A stretch of 64,000 nt of DNA from Amoebidium appalachense (taxonomy: Eukaryota; Protista; Ichthyosporea), in contig CAVNZM010000001.1 in NCBI GenBank assembly GCA_963693365.1, positions 2,186,907 to 2,250,906 on the forward strand, given 5' to 3'. The first letter of the stretch is position 1, and the number at the start of each line of letters is the position of its first letter. Below are positions 40,717-63,126 of the stretch, piece by piece. Under the pieces are notes generated by a model. It made no database searches. It had not been told where the DNA came from and worked only from the letters and a program-made list of their open reading frames with translations. A program made the translations under genes and the position numbers.

Positions 40717-41640
40717 GTGCCACAGTGCAATAAGCAATAATGTAGCTTTGAGGGCGATTCGATTGTTGCTCCACTAGAATATGACAGGAATGTGTGATAG
40801 GTTTGCCGTTGTCGAGCTTGGATCATGTAACTGATTTATGGCTGGTTTTTAAATTGTTGATTGTATCACGAATGGTGTGGGCCATGGTAACAACATGGTG
40901 TCAGAACGCGTTTTGTACAGAGATAAAATCACCCTCAATTCATTATCGAGATTTCCAAATTTGAGTCGTATATGATGCTCTTCTAATTGTTAGCAAATTA
41001 AGGCTCCTTTGATGAACTTTTTCGTAGTTTTTGTGGGTGTCGCACACCTGCATGATTTATTATACCTTCATTTGTGTGGTTCGATAATAAATCTTGGCTC
41101 TTTGGAGACCAAACTTTGAATCTACAGACACACCAAATTACTTGTTATAAAACTCTGCTCTTCTTCTGCTCCCCCTCTTCATCCCCCCTTCCCCCCCCCC
41201 CCCCTCCCCCCCCCCCCCTCCCCCCCCAACCACCACACCCCCCAAACCACCCTCTTACCCACCCATGCCTCTTCCCCCGGGGATTCATCGGCGCCTGCGC
41301 TGTTCCCTCTCCGCTGTGATGGTGTGATGCATGTAGGCGGTCTTGTTAGTGTGTTTGTTTCAGGGAGGTGTGAGGAAACACAGAATGGGCTGTTTTGCAA
41401 ACCCCCCCAACCCCCCCCTCCCCCCCACCTCCCCCCCCACCTCCTCCCCCCATCCGCCCAACACACGCACACACACGGCACACACACAAAAAGAAAAAGG
41501 AAAAAAGAAGGGAAAAAAACACACACACAGAATCTGATGGCCACACGTACATATACAGTAGCTACAACCATACACACACAACCCCACGGCCAGCTGTACT
41601 TTGTTCGACCAGCCATTCATATTCCGCGTGCAGGTGCACA

Positions 41641-41868
41641 CACAAGAGAACAAACACATACATCTAGCATATTGGGTACACAAGAGAACAAACACATACA
41701 TCTAGCATATTGGGTACACAAGAGAACAAACACATACATCTAGCATATTGGGTACACAAGAGAACAAACACATACATCTAGCATATTGGGTACACAAGAG
41801 AACAAACACATACATCTAGCATGGTGGGTACACAAGAGAACAAACACATACATCTAGCATGGTGGGTA
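41641..41868. repeat. 38-bp minisatellite, 6 copies
   Basis: CACAAGAGAACAAACACATACATCTAGCAT(ATT/GGT)GGGTA head-to-tail with no spacers. Confidence 0.92.
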
Positions 41869-42156
41869 CACACCAGCGCTTAAACACATATGCACATCGT
41901 ACATATGTGTGTGTGAATGAGTGTGTGTGGGTGTGTAAGCTTGTGCGCGTGTGCGCGTGCGCCCACACGTGTGCGCGTGTTCGTGTGTGCAAAAGGCTTT
42001 ACACATACAGTTCTAGAAAACAAAACAGCCTCATGATGTGACTTGCCCTTGGAAAATCCAGGCGGCACATACTCATTCTACAAGCAATCCGGACACATGT
42101 GCACGTACATGCACGCACAAAGTTAACATGGCGCGCGCACACGCACACACATGTCA

Positions 42157-42219
<63 letters not shown>

Positions 42220-42243
42220 GCACGCACACACGCACGCACACAC

Positions 42244-42294
<51 letters not shown>

Positions 42295-42490
42295 CGTATA
42301 AACACACACACACGTGCACACACATGCAGGGACATGTGCGCACACACGCACACACACATACCTGCACACAGACACACAACACATGCACACACACACACAC
42401 CGCCGCACATACACGCCCATACTATTACCCGTGTTACACAGCGTGTGATCGCACACAAAAATTTGCATGGTGTCATTCACAAATGCTTGC

Positions 42491-43008
42491 AATTCTCAGA
42501 AAAACAATCTGAGCTTCTTATGCCGCAAATTATGGGAGCATAGAGATCCTAGCTGGATGGGCAGCCCTGCATATGTACAAATAGAAATTTTCAACAGTGC
42601 AACCTTCCCCGGCCTCCCCCCTTCCCCCCCCCCCCCTCCCCTTCTCCCCCCCCCTCCCCCCCCCCCCCCCCCCCCCAAAAAGGCACCCCCCTCTCCCCTC
42701 CCTCCCCCCTCACACACACCATCAGCACCACAAATGCTTACAGTAGTAGTTAAAATTCAAAATTCTCAGAAAAATAATCTGAGCTTCTTTCCTAATGCCG
42801 CAAATTATGGGAGCATAGAGATTCTAACTAGATGGGCAGCCCTGCATATGTACAAACAAGAAAGTTTTCAACCATGCAACCTTCCCCGGCCTCCCCTCCC
42901 TCTCTCCCCCCCCCCCCCCCCCCCCTTCTCCCCCCCCCCCCCCCCCCCCCCCAAAAAAAGGCATCCCCCCTCTCCCCCCCCCTCTCCCCCCACACACACC
43001 ATCAGCAC
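42491..43008. repeat. ~270-bp imperfect tandem duplication
   Basis: aattctcagaaaaa..atctgagctt...gggagcatagag...gggcagccctgcatatgtacaa...caaccttccccggcc(C-tract)aaaaggca...cacacaccatcagcac occurs twice. Confidence 0.8.
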
Positions 43009-43301
43009 TACCACCACCCACCCACCCACCCACCCACCCAGACACACACCGTCACCATCACCACCACTGCAGCCACCACCACAACCACAAGGCGGATCAA
43101 CGGTTTGGTGGCAGGCCGGCCTGTTATACCATCGGCAAATATTGACAAGTGTGATAAACACATTCTATCATCCTTTTGCCATGGGGCCTTGCCATTTTGC
43201 TGTGCAATATACTCTCCCTCTCCCCCTCCCCCACCCCACCCCCCTCCCGCACCCGCCAAATCCGCCCATCTTCCCGCTTTTCCCATGACCATCCCCCTTT
43301 T

Positions 43302-43333
<32 letters not shown>

Positions 43334-44163
43334 CTTCCCACTCCGACTTCTGGGTCTTCACTGCATCGTAGCATGAATGTGTAGTTTAGGCTCGGCAAGA
43401 GGTGGTACATTACTGGTTAGAAGTAATGTGTTGGTTGTGTGCTTTGAGACCTGGGATGCTCACGAGGCAAAGGGCAGGGGGGGATCTGAAGTTGGGCAGG
43501 GGAGGGATAGTGGGTGCGTATCATAGCGTTACCGGGGGGAGGGGGGGAGGGGAGGGGGGGAGGGGGAGGGGGGGGAGGGGAGGGGGGAGGGGGGGGGGGG
43601 GGGGGGGGGGAGGGGGGGGGTTGGGAGGGGGCGGTGGGGGGGGGGGGGGGGGGAAGGTCACGAAGTTCAACCGGGTACAGGGAAGGCAACAGTTGGAGAG
43701 AGTGGGGGGAAGGGGTTCTGAAGTGTTCAGAGGAGAGAACAGTGAGTCGGGGGTGGGGTGTGGGGGCGGCCGGGGGAGGGGGGAGGGGGGGGGGGGGGGA
43801 GGGAGGGGCAAGAGGGGTAAAGCAGGTTAACGTTGGGACAATAAACTGAGGTAATGGGGTAGGAGGGGGCGGGGGGGGGGGGGGGGGGGGGAGTGGGGGG
43901 AGGGAGGGAAGGGGTAACCGGTAAAGGAAGGGTTGGAGGGGGGCGAGGAGGTGGCAAAAGCCCAACCAACGGAAAAGGGGGTGCAGGGGGAGGGGGGGGC
44001 TGGGTGGTGGAGTCAAATCAAGATTGTGCTAATAAGTAGGGGGTAGCTATTGTAGATGTAAGATAGCCTCCTAGGACGGTTTCACGTAAAAATGTATCAT
44101 GCCTACTGTACACATGGCATGGCACACTCGCATATACAACACACAAGCGCGCCGCCCGTGCGC

Positions 44164-44238
<75 letters not shown>

Positions 44239-44852
44239 ACACGACACACACACACACAGACAGACACACACACACGCACACGCGCACACGCACACATGGC
44301 AACTAAATATGCGTGCACAAAACCACATACTGTTATGCAGCAACCTCCACTCCGCCCCCACCACCACCACCACATCCCATCATACGCCCATATCCACCGT
44401 AGACACCACACACATATGGGCACACCACTACCGTAGTCGAACCAACGAGAGCCCTTGGTTAAAATTTGTTCGTACATAGGTTTTGGATGGAGGGGAGGCC
44501 TGTGTGCCTGGAGCCCCCTTAACGGCGAGGCTGGGGTGTAAACCCTGCAGCTGGGCTGAGTGTGTACTAATAGTTGTTTAGCCTTTTGCGCAACCTTAAG
44601 CACCCTAACTAGGGTACAGTCGGTGCTGTGTGGAAGACAGTAGTTCATATGAGGCCCTCTCTGGGGGATCCCTCCGGGAACAAAACGGGATAAACTATAA
44701 AACGTTATCTGATGTATTTAGTCATGGCGGCCTGTGAAAGGATGGAAGCCCCCCCCCCCCCCCCCCCCTCTCCCCCCTCCCCCCCTTCCCCCTAGCTGGA
44801 GAGGTGGGTGGGTCCCCCCCCCCCCCCCCTTCCCCTTCGCGCGTCCCCCCCC

Positions 44853-44889
<37 letters not shown>

Positions 44890-46032
44890 AAGTGTTCACT
44901 ACCCCCCTCCTCGCGATGGTTTCAAATATCATACGGGTACAAGGAGAAGAGGGCAAGAGGGGTCTAGGAAGCTCCTCGAGAAAAGGGAGGGAGGGAGGGA
45001 AGAGGGGAGGGAGAGGGGGGGAGGGGGGGGAGGGGGGGGGGGGAGAGGGGAGGGGGGGGGGGGGGGGGGGGGAGGGGGGGGGGAAGTTAAAAGCCGGTGG
45101 GGGAGGTCCCCAGAGCTCGAGGGGGCCTGAGGTGGAGCAGAAGCAGCAGGCCTACAAGCAGGCCTGTAGCCTGATGATGAGCAGGGTATGTGGAGGAGCT
45201 CGAGCTCCCGACCTAAAACGTATACATACCACTACATATTCTTATAGATATGTGGAGGTATGAGTATATAGTGTACGGAGGTATGAGTTTAATTTCTAAG
45301 TCTTCTCTGCCACCTACATACATCAGAAGATCAGACAACCGTGAGGCATCAGCCTTCCGTTCGACAATCAATGAGTCATGACGTGTCCAATGATTTTGGA
45401 GTTTTTCCTCGCGCGTTATGCCGCTAAAATGCATTTCTAAGTTCTATCGTATTTATGACTGGTTAAAAAAAAAGTAAAATACCTATAAAAGGCTATAACG
45501 GCTCACCGGTAGCGGCAAAAGCAAGCCGTGACTGTCTAAGCATTGTGATTGGCCGTACAGATCTCGTTTGCGCAAACGACAGTGAGACTCAACAAGTTGA
45601 AATGAGACCTCCGGAGATCCAGGACCCGTGCCTCCCGGGCCGGTTTTGCTGCCAGGTTTTATACGTAGAGTGCAAGATAACGAATGATTTTTTCTAGGAA
45701 GCGATATATATGGTACCCTATATTATATCTGAAATATTATTATGCTAATATGTATTAGTAATTGCTACATTTCTTGTGAATGAAAACGTCATCAGGCCGA
45801 GGCGCGAGAAATAGAATGAGAAAACTATGAATTCCTGATGGAGCGCTTAGACCCAATCAAAAGCATTTCATGATACGATTGGCTAACATTGCATCTTCGT
45901 ACGGCGCTGCAACTTTTTTGTCTCGTCAGCCAGAAAACTTCATTTCTCCGTATACATACAGGCTCTTCATGATATAGGTCAAGTTGCAGAAGGTCCGTGG
46001 CACAACATCAGGCATCCAAAAGTTGCTCAGAA

Positions 46033-54345
<8,313 letters not shown>

Positions 54346-54519
54346 GGGACACACACGTTTGTGAAGACATGTCCTGAGAAGGCCAGTCTCATGTGACAAG
54401 AAAAAACGACACAAGACGGATGATGGTGTTCGGCTCAACCGGGTTGGTTCGGCATCTCTTATTTAAGTGGATAGGTGGTGGATGATAATTAGAGAGGAAC
54501 CTTTTTTTTTTTTTTTTTT

Positions 54520-54561
<42 letters not shown>

Positions 54562-55174
54562 GTTTCACAAATGTTTCAGGTTTTACGGAACTGTAAGATA
54601 GAGTATGACGGAAAGAAATATCTCTCGAATGATGTCTTTTTTTTTAGGATTGGACTAGACGAACATGCCGTTGGATTGCAATCACACCGGTCTGGACACC
54701 GGGTGAGCACGTATGCATGTAGGTATGTATTTCTGTTGGTTGAAAAATGTACATCTGAGACTTCTGTGAGCATGAACGAAACATTAATATAATGATTTGA
54801 TGAAAGGATGTTTGCACTGCATGGAGCGCATTAAACGGTGTCAGGGAAGACCTCGGTACACGAGACACACCCAGTGAACACCATTTTCTTTCACCAGTTT
54901 GCTCCATAATCGTCTTATATACCCGCCCCAGCTTGACGATATGTGCCCTCTTCTTTCCACCCCCGTGTATCTGAAGATAGTTCAAGATTGTTCATTCATT
55001 TAGTACATATGCATATGTTCTATCTGCCTGCAAGGACTGCAATATGATGACTTGATTCTACTGGTATGTACATGCTGTAAAAAGGCATCGTGCCGGGTGT
55101 GGTCTGTCTGCCCAACCATCTTTCATACTCTCCTACACCTTGACACCTAGAAACATCAACACTAGCTGCTTGTG

Positions 55175-55268
<94 letters not shown>

Positions 55269-55453
55269 AGGGGGGGGGGGGGGGGGGGGAGAGGGGGGAG
55301 GAAAGGAGTGAGTTGCTATGTACATAACTATCCGGTTGCTCCGTGATAGCTCAGTGTGTACACATGGATATATGACATGTCATAGGCAGTAATAATCTGT
55401 GAAACCGTTGCAACATATTGAGAAACTTTGCTTCGCTATGATCCCACCAAGAA

Positions 55454-56329
55454 CTAAACAGCGGTGCTTGTCTTCCTACCGGGCCGGGCAGGTTTCACGG
55501 TCTCTCTGAACCGGGGAAAGGGACCCATGAGCATAAGCGAAAACACCTCTCCTTGTGCATCTCGAAACACGTCGAGAAGTGCCGAGGGTGGTCGGATGTG
55601 TTGTGTCTGTTCGCTGCCTTCCCCTTGTCTTTCCGTTGGAGACCCGCTCTCGCCCTCCTTGTTCTGTATTTCGTTTATGTGGGTTGTTACAGTAGCAGTC
55701 CCTTCGCAGTTGCCCTGACGGTCCATATTCACAAGGAGCTCGGATGGCGGGATGCCGGTGGTTTGGCTGCCTTGTCTCTGCTCCCGCGACTGTGATTGGC
55801 TGCTATTTTTAGCTGCAGTGAGTGGTGACCCTGGCTTGCTGCCTGTAGGTGTGCCGTTGCCGTTCTTGGGGGCACCAAAGGCCCTCTTCAGTGACTCCCT
55901 GCTGCTGGTTCTGAAGAACGCATCGGCCTGCAATCTGCGCTGAAGAAAGGACCCTGGAGGTGGGCCAGCCAGTCCCAGGGCTGTGCGCTCAGCCGCTAGG
56001 GCCTGTTCGATGTGCTCCTTAATGCTGTCCGACACATTGACTACGTAGGGGCCCCCGGCCCTGCAGGAAATGATTGTGTGTTTTGGTCAGTTGCTAAACC
56101 GTTGATTCTGATTGGCAATACCCCTTCTCCTCGAGCTCTTCGTGTGAAAAATTACGTGGGAATTAATGGCAGCCCCTGCACCATCCAAACATTCTTCCCG
56201 TTGTCCAAGCCCCCCCCCCCCCCCCCCCCCCCCCCCACCCCCCACCCCCTTTCATCGCCCCTTCAGCTTGGTCCAGTAGTTCCTGGGGAGATGGGGGAGG
56301 GGAGGGGGAGGGGAGGGGGAGGGGAAGGG

Positions 56330-56365
<36 letters not shown>

Positions 56366-57448
56366 CTATGAGGCATTCAAAGAACGAAGTACACATTCAC
56401 GACAGACAACACAAGCCAGATTCTGCATAAAAGGGCAGGCCCACAAGGAGTTTGCATTATGGGAAGAAGGGGGGGAGGGGGGGGGGGGGGGGGGGGTGGG
56501 GGGATGGGTTTGTAATTCTGACATCGTCCGGCAAAACGGAAAGAAATGGACGGGGGGGGAAGAGGGGGGGGATAGGGGGGGGGGGGGGGGGGGGGGGGGA
56601 TGAAGGGGGGGGGGGGGGGGGGGGGGGGTTTGACGAAAAAGAGAACGCATAATAAAGAGCGAGCGCCGACCTGAAAAATGAGTCATAGATAGCCATGGCT
56701 GCCCGGTAAATTTCCTCGTTTGTCCTTGCTGCTTGCACAACAACAGCATAGTGCTCGGCAGCTTCCCAAAAAAGGAGATTTTCGGCCGCCAACTCAGCAA
56801 CCAGAAACTGCTTGAATTTTCCTCGCTCCTCCCTATCACCCAGAAGCTCCCTGAACAGCACATCGCTGCGCCTTGTTTCTGGTTTCGGTTTCTGGGTAGG
56901 GCTGTACACGGCAATTTCCTGCAGGCCCCACGCCTGAGTTTTTTGTGCCATTCGTAATGTACCACATTGGATAAATACAAAATAGGAAAACAAGCCTGAG
57001 AGCTTGAGGTGTCACATGATGATGAGGTGCTTGGGAGAAGGCGGTGGCGGCGCGGGGGGAGGGGGGGGGGGGGGGGAGGGGGGGGAGGGGGGGGGGGAGG
57101 GGGGAGGGGGGGGAGGAGGGAGGGCGAGGATGTGTTAACGCTACAGAGGTGAAGTACACAGTCACAAACCGGCAGATGGCACAATGCAGATTCTGCAAGA
57201 AAAAAAGCACACAAAACTAGTATGTGGAGACGGGAAGAGGGGGAGGAGGGGGAGGGGGGGGAAAAGGGGGGGGGGGGGGGGGGGAGGGGGGGGGGGTTGC
57301 ATGGAGGTTTAAAAACCGGGCATAGGATTGCAGCAGCTCGCTTAAGTATACATGAACTCAGACTGAATCTATAGTTTAACTATCATGTGCAGCAGCAAGA
57401 ACAACAGTAATTTGCAGGAGAAGGTGTGGAAGGTCTTTTTTTTTTTTT

Positions 57449-57487
<39 letters not shown>

Positions 57488-58754
57488 TCTTACCAGCTCC
57501 ACTTTCGCAGGCACAGATACACTCCTGGCCGAGTTCGTGGGATCTCTCTCTTTGCGGAAATTTCGCTGCCACCGGAAAGAAGCCCACAATGCCCACCCTG
57601 TCAAGATGAAAAATGCTCCCACTAAACATGACGATACCCGAAACCACCTCGATTACTTTGGCCACCTGAAGGGGCATGCTGTTCGGAGCATTGCTAAACA
57701 GAATGTGGCCAAGGCCCCCGGTCGATCCATATTGTCGCTGCCAGTAAATTCGAACCAAAACGTGCGGAGTGCCCCATAGGATCTTCCACAGACAGAGTAC
57801 TTTTAGCTGCGTTGTGATGTGAAGGCTGTCACGAAAAGGCGCTGCTCGTTTTATCAGTGTGGCAAAGATGAGAACGTGGATGATCGAAATGATGCCGTTG
57901 ACAATGAGAAAAATCATAACGAAAGCCGGAAGGGTGCAAGCATCACTCGCTAGAGTGTATTCCCAAAGGGAACCCTTCTGCTCGGCTGCAAGCCTGCCTA
58001 GGCAGATGATGGAGTAGAGCACGGTCAGGCCAAAAACATAAAAGGGAAAATACCTGCGCAAAAAAGCCACACGCCGAGGGAGCTCGGCAAGTTGGCTTTG
58101 CGTGCTTACAGACGACCCATCACCAACCTCTGCCGTGTTCTCCGTGTTTTTGGACTGGTTTTCCAAGTTGCTCAAACCAGAGAATTGGCCGTTTGCTGGA
58201 TGCTTGTTGGAGTCTGCAATTAGGTCGAGTTGGCTATTTGTAGTAAGTGTTGACGCATGGCTCCTCCCATCACTCAATGTTTGCCCCGAGGGTTCCAAGA
58301 GCGTAACAGTAGTCATTTGAAGGCTTGCATCGCTGGTGGCTTCGTTTTCCGGTTTGTCCAGCTGTGTGCTGCGTGCCAGACTCCTCAGCAGCATGTGCTC
58401 ATGCCAATCTAAACGGCACCCAGCCCTATTGGCCAAGTAATAACGAATGTATACATGGTAGCACAACATGGTTACTGTGGCGGTAGGCCAAACAACACTG
58501 CAGAAAGATATGAAAAAATAAACGTAACAAGGGCAAAGGGCACGGAAGTTCTGGAATCCAGCAAGTAGCATCCACGTTTCCAGAAACACAAACTGAAGAC
58601 AAGCAAGGCTGGTGAGATGTGGTGCGTGGAATGAAATGGGGTACCTGTTCCTACGACTGAGATAAATAACTATCCAGAAAACTAGAAGAGGGGCAATAAA
58701 GAATAGCCAGGCGAGAGCGGCCCTTTCGTCTAATGAAATTTTGCTTGGGTCCAT
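55454..58754 (-). CDS. 7TM-RGS fusion protein; exons 58754-57494, 56995-56671, 56060-55454
   Basis: About 7 hydrophobic segments with LCPCY and D.LHI..QLK motifs, then RGS: FKQFLVAELAAENLLFW...AMAIYDSFF|RAGGPYVVNVSD...VFRDAQGEVFSLM..GPFPRF. GT-AG junctions in phase. Confidence 0.85.
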
Positions 58755-59717
58755 GTCATCGTTTAAAAAAATGACATACGTGAAGTGGGATGTGGCCAGA
58801 GAGGGTCTGCAATGGGCCAGTGCTTCTCGAAAGTGGGTCTCGGAAAGAATAACACGGCAGAGAGATAACTGCTAGATTTTCCGGCTGTTACGTGACGAAT
58901 ACCCTTGTAACCCTGGGGATGTGCGTTGTAAAGTAGGGAGAAAGACAAGAACAAGGAACAAGAATTAAGCAGAGGCATCACACAAACGTCGCTAATATAG
59001 GATCTGTGTGAGACAAGCTTGTATTAACTTCATCCCACAGTTTTCCCAACATCTGAAAAACATCATCTTTCGTTTTTCTCAGAGCAAGAGCAAAAAAGCA
59101 TCTTCACTAATCTTTGTGACCAAAAAAAAAGCGAGAGAGAGTCAGTGTGGTCACGAACACTGCTCAGACGGTCTCTGGTGCGCACCCGGTATTGCCTCCC
59201 GTGAGTTCGGGACCACCGAAAGTATAGTGAAATTACAGGGATATTTAGTTGGATATTCCGCCCACTGTGGTGACACTCCGCCAAACTCAAAAGATACATT
59301 TATCGTAAATTTGAAACGTCATCCGATTGGTTCGGAACGCATCCGTGCCTGGCTTCATTCACCAACTCGACAAGTATACTAGTACTCGTGACCACTAGTA
59401 CTTGGAGGTTGCACAAGTTCTGCGGAGCTTCTGCTATGTATCTTATGTATAACAATAACGGCATGCCGAACCTCGCCGGGCCATGCATGGCCCGCGTGAG
59501 ACGGAGCCATGTAATATGAAGCCTGGGTCACTTGAGACAATTGTGAGCATGAGCATCCCTTGCGGTACATATGCTGAATATATCATGGGTAATCCAATAT
59601 TACATAGGTCGGTTGCGTGTGCAACGAATACATGCATTTATCTATATCACACTGTGCAAGTCACGGTGTGGCCTCAGCCTGCGTGTACATATTTGATACG
59701 TAGTGCACACGTGTGAC

Positions 59718-59836
<119 letters not shown>

Positions 59837-59947
59837 ACCGTGTGCGCGTGCATGTTTTTGTACGTGGGTGACACCGCGAATGCCACTACAGCATTGATAT
59901 TTAAATTACCGCCATTGCACGTGACGTGCGCTGCGTGCATGCATACA

Positions 59948-60382
59948 AGGGCCAAACCACATTGCTTGAGTCAACTTGCAAAGAGCAAAATTAATATTAT
60001 GCAAAAAGTAGATTATTCTGCAAAAGCAGGCTTGTTCTGCTTTGAGCAGAATCACTCTGCTTTTAGCAGGATTATTCAGCTTTTACCAGAATTATTTCGC
60101 AAAAAGCTGAAATATTCTGCTTTCAACAGCAGAATAATTCTGCTTTAAGTTAGCAGAATATTATTTATGCTCTGAGCAGAATAATTCTGCTCTTTGCAGA
60201 ATAGTTCTGTTTTTTACGGAATAATTCTGCAGCAGCTGTAGTACTACGTTTGCTGAATAATTCTGCTTTTAGCAGAATCATTATTCTACTTTTGCTGATA
60301 GTTCTGCTTTTAGCATGATTTATGCTCTTTGCTGACTAATTCTTCTCGGAGCAAGTTGACTCAGCCGATGTGGTTGGGCCCT
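59948..60382. mobile_element. MITE, sister copy of 32882-33296
   Basis: AGGGCCAAACCACATTGCTTGAGTCAACTTGC ... GCAAGTTGACTCAGCCGATGTGGTTGGGCCCT with AGCAGAAT arrays inside. Confidence 0.8.
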
Positions 60383-60481
60383 CAAACACTGTGTGCAATT
60401 GTGTTCATGCAGCTTCACGGGTGTGTGACTGCAGTGTGTGTGTGTATGTGTGTGTATGTGTGCGTGCGTGTGATTTGTGGC

Positions 60482-60562
<81 letters not shown>

Positions 60563-61069
60563 GTGTGTGTGTGCCATGTGTGTGTGTGTATGTGTGTGTG
60601 TGTGTGTGTGTGTATGTGTTTAAGTGATACTGCCATGCATATCACAAGTAGGCACTGCATGACACTTTATCGGATGTATCGCGTTATCATACCGGTGTAT
60701 AAGCTCCTATAGGGGTACTGTATGGCCATACTTTCTGATTGAATAATATATTCCTACTTTTTTGGTTGTTTTATAAGAACTTTTTTCGTTGCTGGACTCT
60801 AAACAGTTGGTTACTCAGAATGAATCGATGCATACTGTGTGTGGTGTGTGTACCTGTGTGCTCAATCGATGTGTGTGTGGACATTTGTGTGTGTGCTTGT
60901 GCGTCACATGTGTGTCTGGTATGCAGTGAATGTGCGCTGAATTATCGTTATCAGATTTCGAAGTGTGGCCCGGCACTGATCAAAGGTGTCTGTCTAGCTG
61001 TGCTGTACAAGTCAATTGCATTTGTGCTTGTGTGTCTCAAGCGGCATAACAAGTTATATTCAGTTTTAT

Positions 61070-61112
<43 letters not shown>

Positions 61113-61173
61113 TGTGTTTATAGTACAGCATTCATGCATATGCACACGTTTAAGTTTTAATGGGACGATACAC

Positions 61174-61207
<34 letters not shown>

Positions 61208-61867
61208 AGAAAAAAATGGATTTTAATTCGATCGGGGCATCAGACAGTAATTTCACATGGGGTGTTTTTATTTTCTAGACTAATACTAGTAAAGCAAGAA
61301 ATGGATATTTACATAGGTTACTGTATATACCATACTTCTGGTAATTAATACAAAAATGGATTATTAAACGAATCGACAAATCCCACCAATGCTGTTACCA
61401 CTGAGGTGCCCAATTAGTTCGTGGAAAAAAAAAAAGGATCAAAACCGGATCGCGGCATACAAGCTCATTTCAAATTGGTTCTGCTAGCGGATGCACCAGT
61501 GCATGCTGTGTTTTCTGTCAAACGACATGCCCATCATCAGTGCACACATCATATAAAAACTATACAGCGTATGATCGGATTCATGATTCATGATCATTAA
61601 AAAGCGCGAATACTGCAACGTAACCCCCCCCCCCCCCCCCCCCAAATAAAATAAAATAAAACAAAACAAAAAACACCCGCAACACACACGATCATCGGTA
61701 CATTGCAGCACCAATTTGCAACAAAAAAAAGAAAGGCAAATACAGAAAGGTAGTATGTGCGACGAAGAGACACCCGGGGTGAGGGAGAGGGGGAGGGGGA
61801 GGGGGGGGATGCAAGCGAAACGATTCAAAAGCAGACCTATAAATAGCAATTAGTAACATTAGGCACA

Positions 61868-63071
61868 TCACACAACTGGTTGTTTCCCACCGTCGTCTGC
61901 CTGCATGCTCAGCCCTTGCTCCGTGCCGTGTGTTGAATGGCACACCACAGAATGCGCCGCTGCCGGCAGCACCCCTGGATGCACGTGACCTACACCCAAT
62001 GGCGCACCTCCATTCCCGTGCACGTGGTGTGTGTGCACGTGCGGGTTGGGGCCCATGTAGAACGTGTGGATGTGGCCCGTGTGTGTGTGGTGTACGTGCG
62101 GGTGAACGTGAGGGGTGCCTGTGCCCGCCTGTCCACCCGGTGCCCCATACGACATCTGCTCTGCCGAAGACACGCTTCCTAGCGTGCCATTTTGCGCAAT
62201 TCCATTGACGGGGGTCGTTCTTCCTGACGGTGTTTCTTTGATTGGCATCAAAGGCACGGCGAAAGGTGTGGTGGTTGCAGACACGGGCATGGCTATAGGC
62301 TGGGGTGCATGTACGTGCTGAGATGACCCCTCGGGCACATTGCCGGCAGACACGGAGGATGCCTGGGCCATGGGAGGGGCGGGGGTGGGCTGTGTCGGTG
62401 GGGGCATCTGGACCGGGAACCCATGTGCATGTGCATGGCTGTGGCTGTGATTGTGTGTCTGCACCTGTGTGTGGGCGTGTGCATTCAATTGCGTGTGTGT
62501 GTGGTTGTTGAATGATAAAACGGGGCCACCTGGGGCTGCCGATGAGGCCTGTGCTGCTGCCAGGGTCGGGCCAGGAACATGGGCCGGCCCGTTTGGCCCG
62601 GGTGGTGCAGAGGATGGTGGTGGGTGCACGTAGCCCGGTGAATGGAAGCAACGAACACCACTCAAAAGAAGGTTCTTGAGAAGTTGGTTCTCGGCTTGCA
62701 GCATTTTGATCTGCACAACACATAAGGGCGTGAGTTGAAGAAGCACAGTAGTGAATTGATGGCGAAGCAGAGTATTGCATCTAGACATGTGCTTCTGTGA
62801 CCCGGGTGACCAGAAGTGTGAATATAATGTGTGTGTGTGCTTGTATGTCTGAGGTCTAGTGTGCGTGCTTGCATGTGTGCATGTGCATGTGCATGTGTGT
62901 GGGGTTGTCTGTGTGCGTGTGTGTACACGTGTGTACGTGTGAGCGTGCATTTTTGAAGAGAACTTTCGAAGCCTTGAAACTTTACATAACTAGAGCAAGG
63001 GGGACACCAAAACAGAAGCCCCCCCTCCCCTCCCCACTCTTCCCTCCTAAGCCAGAATAGAAAAAGACGTC

Positions 63072-63126
<55 letters not shown>

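Noticed and set aside
41641-41868. CRISPR-like array of 38-bp repeats
   Set aside because: Units are head-to-tail with no unique spacers, there are no cas genes and the context is eukaryotic; it is a minisatellite.
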